DNA of 64,000 bases from Octopus sinensis (taxonomy: Eukaryota): positions 25,482,001 to 25,546,000 of the forward strand of contig NC_043000.1 of assembly GCF_006345805.1 (NCBI RefSeq), given 5' to 3'. Of this stretch, positions 50,785 through 62,629 are shown in pieces. Position 1 is the first letter of the stretch. The number at the start of each line of letters is the position of its first letter. A model generated the notes under the pieces. The model worked only from the letters and a program-made list of their open reading frames with translations, was not told the DNA's origin and ran no database searches. The position numbers and the translations under genes were made by a program.

Positions 50785-51549
50785 AGAGAGAGAGAGAGAC
50801 AAGACATAGAGAAAGACAGAGGGACAAAGAGATAGAGGGATAAAGAGATAGAGTTAGAGAGGAGATAAGTGGTAGAGAGGCAGCGAGAGAAGGGGTGAGT
50901 GATAAAGTAATAGTAAGAGAGAGAGATGAGTGATAGCGATGAAAGACAGAGACGTCAGTGTGAAAGAAAGAGGGACAGAAATATGTAGGAGTGATAGGAG
51001 AGAGGTAGATAAGTGACAAAAGGGAGAAAGAAATATATATGAGTGGATGAGAGGAAAAGAGGAATGAGTGAGGGCGGTGAAAATAAGGGAGAATTGGAGA
51101 TAAGGAGTGAGGTAAAGAGGGGATTAATTGTAGGGGATTAGGTGGAGCAGGATATAAAAAGGATACTGTTTATAAAGAGAGAAAGTGAAAGGGTAAGTGA
51201 TTAGATGAGAGGGGGAGAGGCGAGATTGATAGGGAATGATTGAACCAGTGAAGGAGAGGGAAAGGATTTGAATGGGAGAGAGAGAGAAGGAATAAATGTG
51301 TGAGTGAATGAGAGGGAAAGTCATTAAAAGAAAGAAGGGTAGAGAAAGAGAAGAATGAATGAGTGAGTGAGAGAGAGAGAAAGGAAGGGTTAGAAGGTTA
51401 AGAACAGACAATCTAGAGACAAATGAATGAAAGAGAGAGAGAAAACGGGAAAGAAAGTGAAAAATCATCATTATTGAGTTGGATGAGATGTATTAAGCAG
51501 AGAGAGAGAGAGAGAGAGAAATGGTGATGAGAAAGAGAGGAAGGAAAGG
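50785..51549 (+). repeat. Polypurine (GA-rich) tract immediately upstream of SUCLG2
   Basis: ~760 bp of mostly A/G on the plus strand with (GA)n runs; begins 25 bp from the ATG. Confidence 0.9.
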
Positions 51550-51720
51550 CTACAGTTTGATTTTTAACAAAAAGGCCGGTAAAATGTAAACAATGAAAAT
51601 ACTAAAGATGAGAAGATACACACGTGGTGGGAGAAAAGATGAAATAAGATGGGAGATGAAAGCAACACAATGGAGAGAATTAACCTAGCGGTAATATTCA
51701 TTTATCTGTCTGTTTTTTGG

Positions 51721-52118
51721 GGATCTTTTCGGTTTGAACGGCAGTTTTTTAAGATAATTTCCACGTAACTAAACACTTTTAAACTTCGTATACTGGCAGA
51801 ATGTGTTTATAAAACATCTTTTTATCTTGGCTTTATTGATAAAATTCTATAATTTGTAAGATATTTGTTGTTTTTTTTTCTTCAATTTCTGCAATTTCAA
51901 CCAATCAATGACGTCTATTGAGGTGAAAACATTATGTGCCGTGTGAATGTGTCCCTCGTTTAAGAAACAGATTGGGTTTATCTACATTTCTGAAGAAAAA
52001 AAGATACCCTACCCCCCACCCCTAACCCTAACCCTAAAACAGATTGAAATGCAATAGATCGATACTACGGTCATACTTATGGGTGACAATTTCAAATGAC
52101 ACCACTAGAAAAAAAACC
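51721..52118. mobile_element. hAT-type MITE, same family, right end interrupted by a SINE
   Basis: Left TIR intact; CCCTAACCCTAACCCTAA at ~52020. Confidence 0.8.
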
Positions 52119-52844
52119 GGTTTTTTATTTACTTGTTCCAGTTATTGGATTGCGGCCATGCTGGAGCACCGACTTGAATAATGTAACCGAACAAATCGAC
52201 TCCTGTATATTTTAAGCCTAGTATTTATATCGTTGTCTTTAACCGAACCGCTAAGTTACGGGGACGTAAATAAACCAACGCCAGTTGTCAAGCTGTGGTA
52301 TGTGAAAGATACACACATATTATGTATGGCAGGCTTCTACACACTTTCTGTCTATCAAATCCTCTCGCATGGCATTGGTCGGCCTAAAAGTATAACTGAA
52401 GACACTTGCTTAAGTTGCTGCACAGGGGGACAAAACATAAAATCACACAGTTGTAAAGCAAGCCTCTTTACAGAATTTTTGCTGTCAGAGAGGACTGTTG
52501 TTGTTATATAGATATAATGTATTGAGTATTAAAGGAAGTAGTGAGTACTTAGTATGAAAGATTAAGAAAATGAGAGAGACTGAAAAAACGTGTTAACGAT
52601 ACGAGATACTTTATTAGACTGCCGTTGTTGTACAAGGTATTTGTTGTGGCGGGAAACTTACTGAATGTCCTTGTATCAAGGGAGACAATGGGCAACGTTG
52701 ATTGTTCATGTTTGTTGTGATGATTACATAACATCTTAAGAGCAACATCCAAAACGTTGGTCCTTCTTGATGATTGTCAATTTTTAAATTAATAAATAAT
52801 AATTTATTAATTACATCTCTATTTTCTCATCTTATTATAATATA

Positions 52845-53243
52845 GGCGCAGGAGTGGCTGTGTGGTAAGTAGCTTGTTTACCAACCACATGGCTCCGGGT
52901 TCAGTCCCACTGCGTGGCATCTTGGGCAAATGTCTTCTACTATAGCCTCGGGCTGACCAAAGCCTTGTGAGTGGATTTGGTAGACGGAAACTGAAAGAAG
53001 CCCGTCGTATATATGAATATATATATATATGCGTGTGTCTGTGTTTGTCCCCCTAGCATTGCTTGACAACCGATGCTGGTGTGTTTATGTCCCCGTCACT
53101 TAGCGGTTCGGCAAAAGAGACCGATAAAATAAGTACTGGGCTTACAAAAGAATAAGTCCCGGGGTTGAGTTGCTCGATTAAAAGGCGGTGCTCCAGCATG
53201 GCCGCATTCAGATGACTGAAACAAGTAAAAGAGAGAGTAAAGA
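52845..53243 (+). mobile_element. SINE family A copy
   Basis: Full length, CpG-rich. Confidence 0.85.
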
Positions 53244-53487
53244 GTATAAACCACGGTGTATACAGTTAATTTGCAATTGAGTAATAAATGTAATGTTCAA
53301 TATTCTTTGTATCGGTAACAAAACCAGAACTTTCATAGGATTTTGATATCCCTCAAAGAGGTTTGCAACCTTTATTTGTGCTTTTATTATTTGTCAACTA
53401 GTTAAACATTTGATCAATTACCCAATTGATTGTTTGATTAATCATCTGATCAGTCAATTGATCAGTTAGATTCATTTCCTAGTTTTC

Positions 53488-53876
53488 AGATTCTATATTT
53501 ATACTGAGTAAGACGGTGAAGTCATTGATGAGGCCATGAATGGAGATGAAAGGACTCTCACAAACCATGCTGATTGGTTGGTTGATTGACTGAACAATTA
53601 ATTTTTTTAAATCAATTAGTTAAATGGTTAACAACTTGACTAATAATAATAATAAATGATTAACTAATTGACAAATAAAGAAGTGAAAGAGAACCAGTGC
53701 ATGTGTTTATTATTAGCATAATGACCCTCCCAAGATTCTATATTTATACTGAGTAAGAAGGTTAAGTCATTGATGAGGCCATGAATGGAGATGAAAGGAC
53801 TCTCACAAACCAAGCTGATTAGTTGGTTGATTGACTGAACAATTAATTTTTAAAAATCGATTAGTTAAATGGTTAT
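53488..53876. repeat. ~140-bp direct duplication, period ~245 bp
   Basis: AGATTCTATATTTATACTGAGTAAG...TTAAATGGTTA at 53488 and 53733. Confidence 0.85.
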
Positions 53877-54000
53877 ATATATATATATTTATATTTACAC
53901 CGGAGTAAACACATAAATGTGAAACAAGTTGGAAAAAAAGAGTACTCAAATACCAGTGGTAGAGTAATATGCTTTATTTTAAGCAGCAGAAAATTCAACA

Positions 54001-54046
54001 AAATCTGTTACTCTGAGTTTCTCGTTGCCGTTCATCAGACAGTTTT
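54001..54046 (-). ncRNA. Hammerhead-ribozyme-like motif with atypical stem II
   Basis: AAAACTGT-CTGATGA-ACG-GCAA-CGA-GAA-ACT-CAG-AGT-A-ACAG. Stem I CTGT/ACAG, stem III ACT/AGT, GUA triplet, GNRA loop on a 2-bp stem II that lacks the G10.1-C11.1 pair. Confidence 0.45.
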
Positions 54047-54503
54047 TGCTAGAATGGAACCGATATATCAATTCAATCTAGACTCTTACAAACGCTACAC
54101 CTTTAAAAAGAAATGGACTTGTTTGATTGGCCCTTTAGAAAAAACGGTCAATCTTCGAGCAATAAACAAAAAGGTCAAAAATATATGTATATATATATAA
54201 AAACTTATAAAAATTATAAAATCCGAGGAAAAAACCTTACATTGAATAAAATACATATTGACGTTAATGAAGAAAGTATAAATTAATGCATAGAAATTAA
54301 ACCTGTTATAAATATTACACTGCAATACATATTTATATTAAAATGTACATATATATATCAACATATACAGAAGGATGCGTGCAAACGCCATACATATACA
54401 GACGTATAAATATAAATATAAATATATACATAAATGCATGCAGCGTTTGAATTTTCTGCTGCTTAAAATAAAGTATATTTATATTTATATATATATTTAT
54501 ATA

Positions 54504-54546
<43 letters not shown>

Positions 54547-54547
54547 A

Positions 54548-54950
54548 TCAAAATCAAAATCAAACCAAATCAAATCAGATATCAAAAGCAGAACCAAAAT
54601 CGAAGTCGATCAACATCAATGGAAATTGCAGCTGTGATACCAGTGCCGGTGACAAGTAACCGAACCATCCGATCGTGGCCGTTGCCTTCCTCGCCTGGCC
54701 CCCGTGCCGGTGGCATGTAAAAAGCACCATCCGTCTGTGGCCGTTTTCCAGCTCCGCCTGGCACCTGTGCGGGTGGCACGTAAAAAGCACCCACTACACT
54801 CATGGAGTGGTTAACGTTAGGAAGGGCATCCAGCCGTAGAAACGCTGCCAGATCAGACTGGGCCTGATGCAGCCTCCTGGCTTCACAGACCCCAGTTGAA
54901 CCGTCCAACCCATGCTAGCATGGAAAGCGGACGCTAAATGATGATGATGT
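54548..54950 (+). mobile_element. RTE 3'UTR copy starting at the (AAATC)n tract
   Basis: AATCAAAATC... through AGGAAGGGCATCCAGCCGTAGAAAC to GATGATGAT. Confidence 0.85.
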
Positions 54951-55018
54951 TGATGATATATTTATATATATATATATATTTATATATATATGAATATATA
55001 TATATATATATTTATATA

Positions 55019-55057
<39 letters not shown>

Positions 55058-55189
55058 GAGAGAAAGACACAATATGGTCCCATTATTCAATCGGATTTTG
55101 GTAATTTGTGCCTTTCGAAACACGTGTAGAATGAAATAAAACGATTTCTGTTCAATCTGCGTTCAGCTCCATTTCTTCAATTCACCAAT

Positions 55190-55194
55190 AATGT

Positions 55195-55232
<38 letters not shown>

Positions 55233-55236
55233 ATAT

Positions 55237-55267
<31 letters not shown>

Positions 55268-55361
55268 GAATATAATATATATATTATATATATTATATAT
55301 TATATATATATATATATTATATTATATATATATTATATATATTATATATATATATATATAT
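55190..55361. repeat. (TA)n / A+T-only tract (other simple repeats: (TATG)n ~60905-60970, (TATC)n ~63015-63100, (AAT)n 22767-22877)
   Basis: Directly visible. Confidence 0.95.
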
Positions 55362-56312
55362 CATCATCATCATCATCATCATTTAACGTCCGCTTTCCAT
55401 GCTAGCATGGGTTGGACGGTTCAACTGGGGTCTGGGGAGCCCGAAAGCTGCACCAGTCCAGTCAGATCTGGCAGTGTTTCTACAGCTGGATGCCCTACCT
55501 AACGCCAACCACTCCGAGAGTGTAGTGGGTGATTTTATGTGCCACCGACACAGGTGCCAGACGAGGCTGACAAACGGCCACGCTCGGATGGTGTTTTTTA
55601 TGTGCCACCGACACAGGTGCCAGACGAGGCTGGCAGACGGGCACGCTCGGATGGTGTTTTTTATGTGCCACCGACACAGGTGCCAGACGAGGCTGGCAGA
55701 CGGCCACGCTCGGATGGTTTTTATGTGCCACCGACACAGTGCCAGACGAGGCTGGCAGACGGCCACGCTCGGATGTGTTTTTATGTGCCACCGACACAGG
55801 TGCCAGATGAGGCTGGCAAACGGCCATGATCAGATGGTGCTTGTTACGTGCCCACAGCACGGAGGCCAGTCGATGCGGTACTGGCTACGGCCACGTTCGG
55901 ATGGTTTTCTTATGTGCCACGTGCCACCGGCACTGGTACCACAAGATACAAATTCCATTGATGTTCATCTATTTTGATTTGTTTTGATTTGATTTTGATT
56001 TTGATTTTCACTTGCCTCAACAGGTCTTCACAAGTGTCACAAGAAGGAAGGTATGCACAGGTGGACTGACTACGTCCCAGTAGGGGCCATGGGTTATGGC
56101 CTGACTAGTCTTGCCGGGTCTTCGGATGGTGTTTTTTATGTCCACCGACACAGGTGCTAGATGAGGCTGGCGAACGGCCACGATCGGATGGTGTTTGTCA
56201 TGTGCCCACCGCACTGACTACGGCACTGATGGATTTCTTGTGTGCCACAGGCACTGGTACCACAAGATACAAATTCCATTGATGTTCATCTATTTTGTCT
56301 ATTTTGATTTGA
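55362..56312 (-). mobile_element. Second concatemeric RTE 3'-end element, same subfamily as 32.8-34.5 kb
   Basis: Five ~63-bp units, the same diagnostic junction at ~56112-56135, and the same termination at the (AAATC)n tract. Confidence 0.85.
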
Positions 56313-56769
56313 TTATACATATCATCATCGTTTAACGTCCGTTTTCCGCGCTAGCACAGGTTGGATAATATATATATACAACGGACTTCTTTCAGTTTCC
56401 GTTTACCAAATCTACTCACAAGGTTTTGGTCAGCACAAGGATATAGAAGACACTTACCCAAGGTGCCATGCAGTGGGACTGAACTCGGGACCATGTGGTT
56501 GGTAAGCAAGCTATTTACCACACAGCCACTCCTAATGATAACTACTTAATAATAATAATAATAATGATAATAATAATAATTATAATGGTTTCAAATTCTG
56601 GCACAAGGCCAGCAACATCAACCCAGTATTCAACTGGTATATATTTTGTCAAACCCAAAATGATGAAAGACAAAGTCAACCCTGGCAGAATTTGAACTCA
56701 ATGTGAAGCCAGACAAAATGCCATTTTGCCTGGTGTGCTAACAATTTTGCTTGCTCACTGCCATAATAA

Positions 56770-57195
56770 TAATAATAATATTAATTATTATTATTATTAT
56801 CATTACTATTTTATTGCCTTTGCACAGCTTCTAATGCTGGAGATGTACTACAGTGTCAGCTGTTCACTACCAGTGAGCTAAGGTAACACCTCTTATTTTT
56901 CAAGCACCTTCCGGAGTATTCGAGTGATTCCAAGCAATGCTGTTTTCTGCAAGCGCACCACCCTTATTGCAACCCCTATTTGTTCCACATACTTCTCGAG
57001 ATTTTTGCTCACTGTTCCCAGGGCTCTAACAATTATTGGTACTACTGCTACCGTTTTCATCGACCACAACTGCTTAACTTCCCAAGCTAACATGTTGTAT
57101 CTCACGACTTTTCTTTCTTCTTTATCGCATACCTTGTCAGCTGGGCATGCTATATCCATGATCCAGTACAGTTTGTTTTTTTTCTCTTAAGACTA
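56770..57195 (-). mobile_element. R4/Dong-like (restriction-like endonuclease) LINE 3' end with (AAT)n tail
   Basis: MDIACPADK...KVVRYNMLAWEVKQLW...VVPIIVRALG...LQKTALLG..RILRKVL* is an RLE-type C-terminus. Confidence 0.8.
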
Positions 57196-57214
57196 TGTCT
57201 GGCTTCCTATTATT

Positions 57215-57790
57215 ATTAATATTGTCCAAAAGGAAGTGCATAAATTGTGAAAGGATACAAATACCTCAAAACTGAAGTTTTCAAGATGTGGGGCATGAAG
57301 GTAAAAACAATACCAATAATAATTGAAGAATTGGGTATGATGAAAAACATGAGCAAAAACGTAGAGGCTACACCTGGATCCTCACACTACACACTATCCA
57401 AAAAATAGCCCTGCTAGGAACAGCCCTCATCCTATGTAAAACACTATCAGTTCAATAATATAACATAAACAAAATAACCTACAAACACAAGACACAAACT
57501 ATACAGCAGTTATCCAATGAAATAAACTTCCACCAGCAATCTCAATAACCAATGCATTACACACTCAACATAAAATACAAGCAGTAACAACACAAAAGAC
57601 TACACAACACCTCAAGAGAAAAAATTAATACAATACAATCCTGGGAAGAGTTTGCGCACTCCAAACAGCACTAAAGAACACAATGCTGCACACACACACC
57701 CCAGCAACAGCGAGGTGTAGCAGGTGGTGCAGTAGAAATTTGCTTCAAACAACCAAATGTTGAACAGTTATATCATAGTGATAATAATAA
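57215..57790 (+). mobile_element. Second, different RLE-type LINE 3' end with 3'UTR and (AAT)n tail
   Basis: YKYLKTEVFKMWGMKVKTIPIIIEELG / HTIQKIALLGTALILCKTLSVQ* (one frameshift). Confidence 0.7.
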
Positions 57791-59606
57791 TAATAATGGT
57801 TTCAAATTTTGGCACAAGGCCAGCAGTTTCGGGGCAGAGGAAAGTTGATTATCTTCACCCCAGTGTTCAACTGGTACTCATTTTATTGACCCAGAAAGGA
57901 GGAAAGATAAAGTTGGCCTCAACGTAATTTGAACTCAGAACATTGATACGAATAAAACGCCACTGAGCATTTTGCCCAGAGTGCTAATGATTCTGCTAGC
58001 TCACTGCAACCATCACCACCATCATCATCATCACCATCATCATCACCACCACCACCATCGTCATCATCATCATTTAACGTCTGCTCTCCATGCTGACATG
58101 GGTAAGATGGCTTGACTGGAGCTGGGGAGCTGCTGCACTCAGTTCCAGTCTGATTTGGCATGGTTTCTACAGCTGGATGCCCTTCCTAATGCCAACCACT
58201 CCAGAAGTGTAATGGGTGCTTTAATGTGCCATTTGCATGGCACTGGCAATCACCATGACTACAATGGGTGCGTATCATTTACATAGCACCAGCAGCAACC
58301 ACAATGATTCATGAGTGCCATTTGCTTGGCACCGGCAATAACTATGACTCACGGGTGCCATTTAGATGGCACCGCAATTCCCGGGTGCCAATGTACATGG
58401 CACCATTGATGACCCATACAGGGAAGGAAAAGTTAACATTAAAAATGACGATGATAATGATTATGATGACAATAATTTTATCGCCACTGGTATAGCTGTG
58501 AGACTAAGAAGTTTTCCTCCATGTGGTTTTGGGTTCTGTCCCACTGTGTGGCACTGTGGACAAGGGTCTTCTGCTATAATCTCAGACTATCCAAAGCTCT
58601 GAGAATGGTTTTTGTTCACAGAAACTGTACGCAACAGAATGCAATGCATGCACGCGCGTGCACACATACACACGCACCACATGCACGCATACACATGCAT
58701 ATACGCACATATGCACACAGACATTATCATAACTTCCGTTTTCCATGCTGGCATGGGTTGGACTTTTGACAGGAGGTGGCAAGCCGGAGTACAACACCAG
58801 GCTCCAGTTGACGGTTTTGACAGGATTTCTACAACTTCATACCCTTCTTGATTCCAACCACTTTACAGAATAGGCAAGACTTCTGCATGTCCCCCCACCA
58901 AACCATCCTTTTTGAAAGAATTTTTTTCACACCCCCCCCCCCACCGCTTTTCGGCTACAGGGAATACGACTCTGCAAAAAAGTTTGCAAAAATCGACATT
59001 TCTAAATTACCAACGATTTCCATTATTTTAAACTTTTTACACATTTTTTTTTTTTTCAAAATATGCGGAAAAATACGGGGATTATGATTCTGAAAAAAAT
59101 TTCCAAAAATCTTTGTAAAATTGTTTTTTAAGAATTTTTTTTCTTCTAAATATGCGGAAAAATACGGACATTTCTGTATTTACGGTTAAGTCAAAATTGA
59201 AGAAGTTGGAGGGAAAGAGGGGGAAATTTTGCAATGCCAATTTTTGGCAATTTTCCGGAACCTCCGTATTCGAAAACGGGAGTTTTTGGCAAATAAAATA
59301 CAAAAATAAACAAATTTTGAGGGGGGACGGGCGGGAGTCTTTACGTGACTCCAGCACACACACACACGCACGCTCATACACACACAGACACTCACTCACG
59401 TAGAAGCAAACGCATACAGTGAGGGAGAGTGTGTCTGTGTGAGACACACGCATACACACACACACACACACACACAAATAGACAGTCAGACAGGCAAACA
59501 GAAATGTTAAAACGTTTTGAATCGAAGAAGAAATAGCTCAAATACAGAGTTATCCCCCTTTACCCGACATCAATAAGCAGCGAGATTAAAACGAAGATCG
59601 TTTCCA

Positions 59607-60019
59607 GGATCTTTTCGGTTTGAACGGCAGTTTTTTCTAGTGGTATCATATGAAATTGTCACCCATAATTATGACCCTAGTATCGATCTATTGCATTTCA
59701 ATCTGTTTTAGGGTTAGGGGGGGGGAGGGAAGGGTATCTTTTTTTCTTCAGAAATGTAAATAAACCCAATCTGTTTCTTAAACGAGGGACATATTCATAC
59801 AGCACAGAATGTTTTTTACCTCAATAGACGTCATTGATTGGTTGAATTTGCAGAAATTGAAGGGCAAAAACAACAAATATCTTACAAATTATAGAATTTT
59901 CTCAATAAAGCCAAGAGAAAAAGATGTTTCATAAGCACATTCTACCAGTATACGAAGTTTAGAAGTGTTTAGTTACCTAGAAATTATGTTAAAAACTGCC
60001 ATTCAAACCGAAAAGATCC
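59607..60019. mobile_element. hAT-type MITE, complete, ~30-bp TIRs
   Basis: GGATCTTTTCGGTTTGAACGGCAGTTTTT / AAAAACTGCCATTCAAACCGAAAAGATCC; TSD CGTTTCCA / CATTTCCA; internal TTAGGG repeats. Confidence 0.88.
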
Positions 60020-60069
60020 CATTTCCATTGATAAAATCGTAGTTTTATTTCATTTCTTTCTCTTGTGTT

Positions 60070-60400
60070 GGCCTCTATTCCTTGATGTTGGCTTGTATCA
60101 TCCCGTCTCCATCCGAACCCACCTAACTCAGAAATTTCTCCTCCCACCACCCATACTGTATCTGCCCCATCAGCTTCATACTAATCCACAATAGCCTAAT
60201 CCTTATTCTCTAAAACTTTACCCCACTGGAGTCTCTCTCCTTGTCCATTTCTTCCCGGCTGTCATCAACATATGGTTGTTCAACAACGACATCAAGCATG
60301 TCGGTCTCAGAGATTCTGTGGAGATCCCAGGCAGAGCCACTTTCAATGAACCAAACCGTTAAACGAAAATTACGTCCAACTTAAACAAATTAACTGGATC
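60070..60400 (+). mobile_element. Possible decayed CR1-type fragment
   Basis: HFFPAVINIW resembles SFFPRTxxxWN; weak. Confidence 0.3.
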
Positions 60401-60694
60401 CATTGGTGCCCTACCAGCCTATCAGTTCAGTAGACGGAAACTGTATGGAAGCCTGTCATATATATATGTGTGTTTTGTATATGTATGTGTACACGTATGT
60501 ATGTGTATGTATGTATGTATGTATTTACATATCAAATGTAGGATAAAATTTTTTTCGAAAAAAATTTTATCAATGGCCAGCATATTAAAAAATACCTTTA
60601 AAGGTTAAATTTATGGGGTACTTAATTGTGCTCATGACTTAGTGTTTGCTTCTTCCGTGGGTATGAGTATCTCATTTATTTCTTTTGCCACATG

Positions 60695-60747
60695 TATCAC
60701 TGACGAAGGGAGGGCTGTTATGAGCTAACCCTGAAATCGGTCCGATA
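60695..60747 (+). ncRNA. Hammerhead-ribozyme-like motif in a second Penelope-like end family
   Basis: TATCA-CTGACGA-AGGG...CCCT-GAAAT-CG-GTC-CGATA. The related 63.5-kb copy has TATCG before the core, which would restore a 5-bp stem I. Confidence 0.55.
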
Positions 60748-61533
60748 TGGTAATAATGCAATTTTTTAGAAATTTCTGTCGCCCTTTTTCCGAGTAGCAT
60801 GCGTATTGCGAAAAAATTATATGGTTAATGGACAATATGTCCAATTTTTTGGCATATTTGGCATTAGAAATTTTTTCGTTTGCCCTTATTTATGAATTGT
60901 TTATGTATTTATGTATGTATGTATATATGTATGTGTGTATGTATGTATGTATGTATGTATGTATGTATGTATATTTGCTTGCTAGCAACTCCACATCCAC
61001 ACCCTGCTGCAGGCTGAAATAGGGATAAGCAAGGCTCGTGAATGTCAATAGTGGGATGCATTCATGCATGAGCTGACACTTTCTCACACGCACACACACA
61101 CACACACAGATATAAACGCGTGTGTTATTGTATGTACGTACGTTGAATGCTCGATATGCGAAGTAGATAGTCAGGTGACAACTGATGAAGGGTCGTTTCT
61201 CTGAGTTTACTTGTCCTGTCTTCCATTTTTTTTCTCGTTGTTTATGTATTTAACTTGTTTGTCTACGTATTTCCTATTGTTAACACAGTTGGTAACGTCC
61301 TGTACCCATACATGCTTAAATATATATATATATATATATGTAGTTGAATGAATAATCCTAGCATGGATAATTCGGTTAACCGATACCCAGTAGCAAAATT
61401 ACGTTAGAAAGCACGGTTGAAGCTCCATGGCAAGGGCAGAAATCACGTGCTTTCATGTGGAAATTTGTGTGTTTTTTTACTATAGATAAATGAAAGAATG
61501 GAGTCAAACGACGATTTAACAAAATTCCTTTAT

Positions 61534-61614
61534 TCTTGACATATGTTTCGAAGACTGCATATTCTTAATTCCAAAGGAATAAAAGGTGCATTATGCCGCC
61601 TTCTCATCAGGAAA
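61534..61614 (-). ncRNA. Type I hammerhead-ribozyme motif (Penelope-like), minus copy
   Basis: TTTC-CTGATGA-GAAGGC...GTCTTC-GAAAC-ATAT-GTC-AAGA. Canonical core, 6-bp stem II closing a long hairpin (ATTCC/GGAAT), palindromic stem III ACATATGT, GUC triplet. First stem-I pair is C-A here (C-G using the sister copy). Confidence 0.65.
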
Positions 61615-61701
61615 GACAAGGAACTTATGTCAGCATCATGACGAACAAAAACTTTTAGATGACTGCTCACACAGAGTCCATAGTGACTCTGTGTGAGCAG
61701 T

Positions 61702-61780
61702 CTGATGAGAAAGCGGCTTTAATGCACCCTTTATTCCTTTGGAATTAAGAATATGCAGTCTTCGAAACATATGTCGAGAA
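61702..61780 (+). ncRNA. Type I hammerhead-ribozyme motif (Penelope-like), plus copy
   Basis: CTGATGA-GAAAGC...GTCTTC-GAAAC-ATAT-GTC-GAGA. The 5' strand of stem I is replaced by the central hairpin junction. Confidence 0.6.
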
Positions 61781-61894
61781 TAAAGGAATTTTGTTAAATC
61801 ATCGTTCGACTCCATTCTTTCATTTATCTATATATATATATATAGATAGATAGATAGATAGATAAACTTGGGAATGGATGCGTGGCATTCAATC

Positions 61895-61956
<62 letters not shown>

Positions 61957-61958
<2 letters not shown>

Positions 61959-62358
61959 AGTGGCTGTGTGGTAAGTAGCTTGCTTATGAACCACATGGTT
62001 CCGGGTTCAGTCCCACTGTGTGGCACCTGGGGCAAGTGTCTTCTACTATAGTCTTGGGCCGACCAAAGCCTTGTGAGTGGATTTGGTAGACGGAAACTGA
62101 AAGAAGCCCGTTGTATATACATATATATATATATGTATGTGTATGTGTATATGTTTGTGTGTCTGTGTTTGTTCCCCCAACATCGCTTGACAACCGATGC
62201 TGGTGTGTTTACGTCCCCGTAACCTAGTGGTTCGGCAAAAAGAGACCGATAGGATAAGTACTAGGCTTACAAAGAATAAGTCCTGGGGTCGATTTGCTTG
62301 ACTAAAAAGGTGGTGCCCCAGCATGGCCACAGTCAAATGACTGAAACAAGTAAAAGAG
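61957..62358 (+). mobile_element. SINE family A copy
   Basis: Full length, flanked by (TA)n on both sides. Confidence 0.85.
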
Positions 62359-62361
62359 TAT

Positions 62362-62394
<33 letters not shown>

Positions 62395-62395
<1 letters not shown>

Positions 62396-62492
62396 CAAGA
62401 AAAAAGCAACAAGAATGGATTAGTTGTTCAGTACAATTGTTTCATACGAAGAACAGATTTATTTAAATCCATTCTTGTTGCTTTTTTCTTGT
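62395..62492. repeat. 27-bp perfect inverted repeat, 44-nt spacer
   Basis: ACAAGAAAAAAGCAACAAGAATGGATT / AATCCATTCTTGTTGCTTTTTTCTTGT. Confidence 0.9.
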
Positions 62493-62629
62493 TTATAATC
62501 ACCCCACATTATTTTATGGTTAATACCATAAAAATTTCTGGTGCATCTAAGTTAAGTACCGCATTCATTGGAATTCACTTGAATCTTAATTGTTTTACTG
62601 AAATTATATATATATATATATATGTATAT

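Larger units (their letters stand above)
61481..61832. repeat. ~130-bp inverted repeat with a nested 18-bp hairpin
   Basis: Arms 61481-61610 and 61702-61832. Central perfect stem GACTGCTCACACAGAGTC (61661-61678) / GACTCTGTGTGAGCAGTC (61685-61702). Confidence 0.9.

Noticed and set aside
55399-55977. 192-aa ORF (and similar ORFs at 32822-34504)
   Set aside because: Translation of tandem RTE-UTR repeats; repetitive peptide with no domain.
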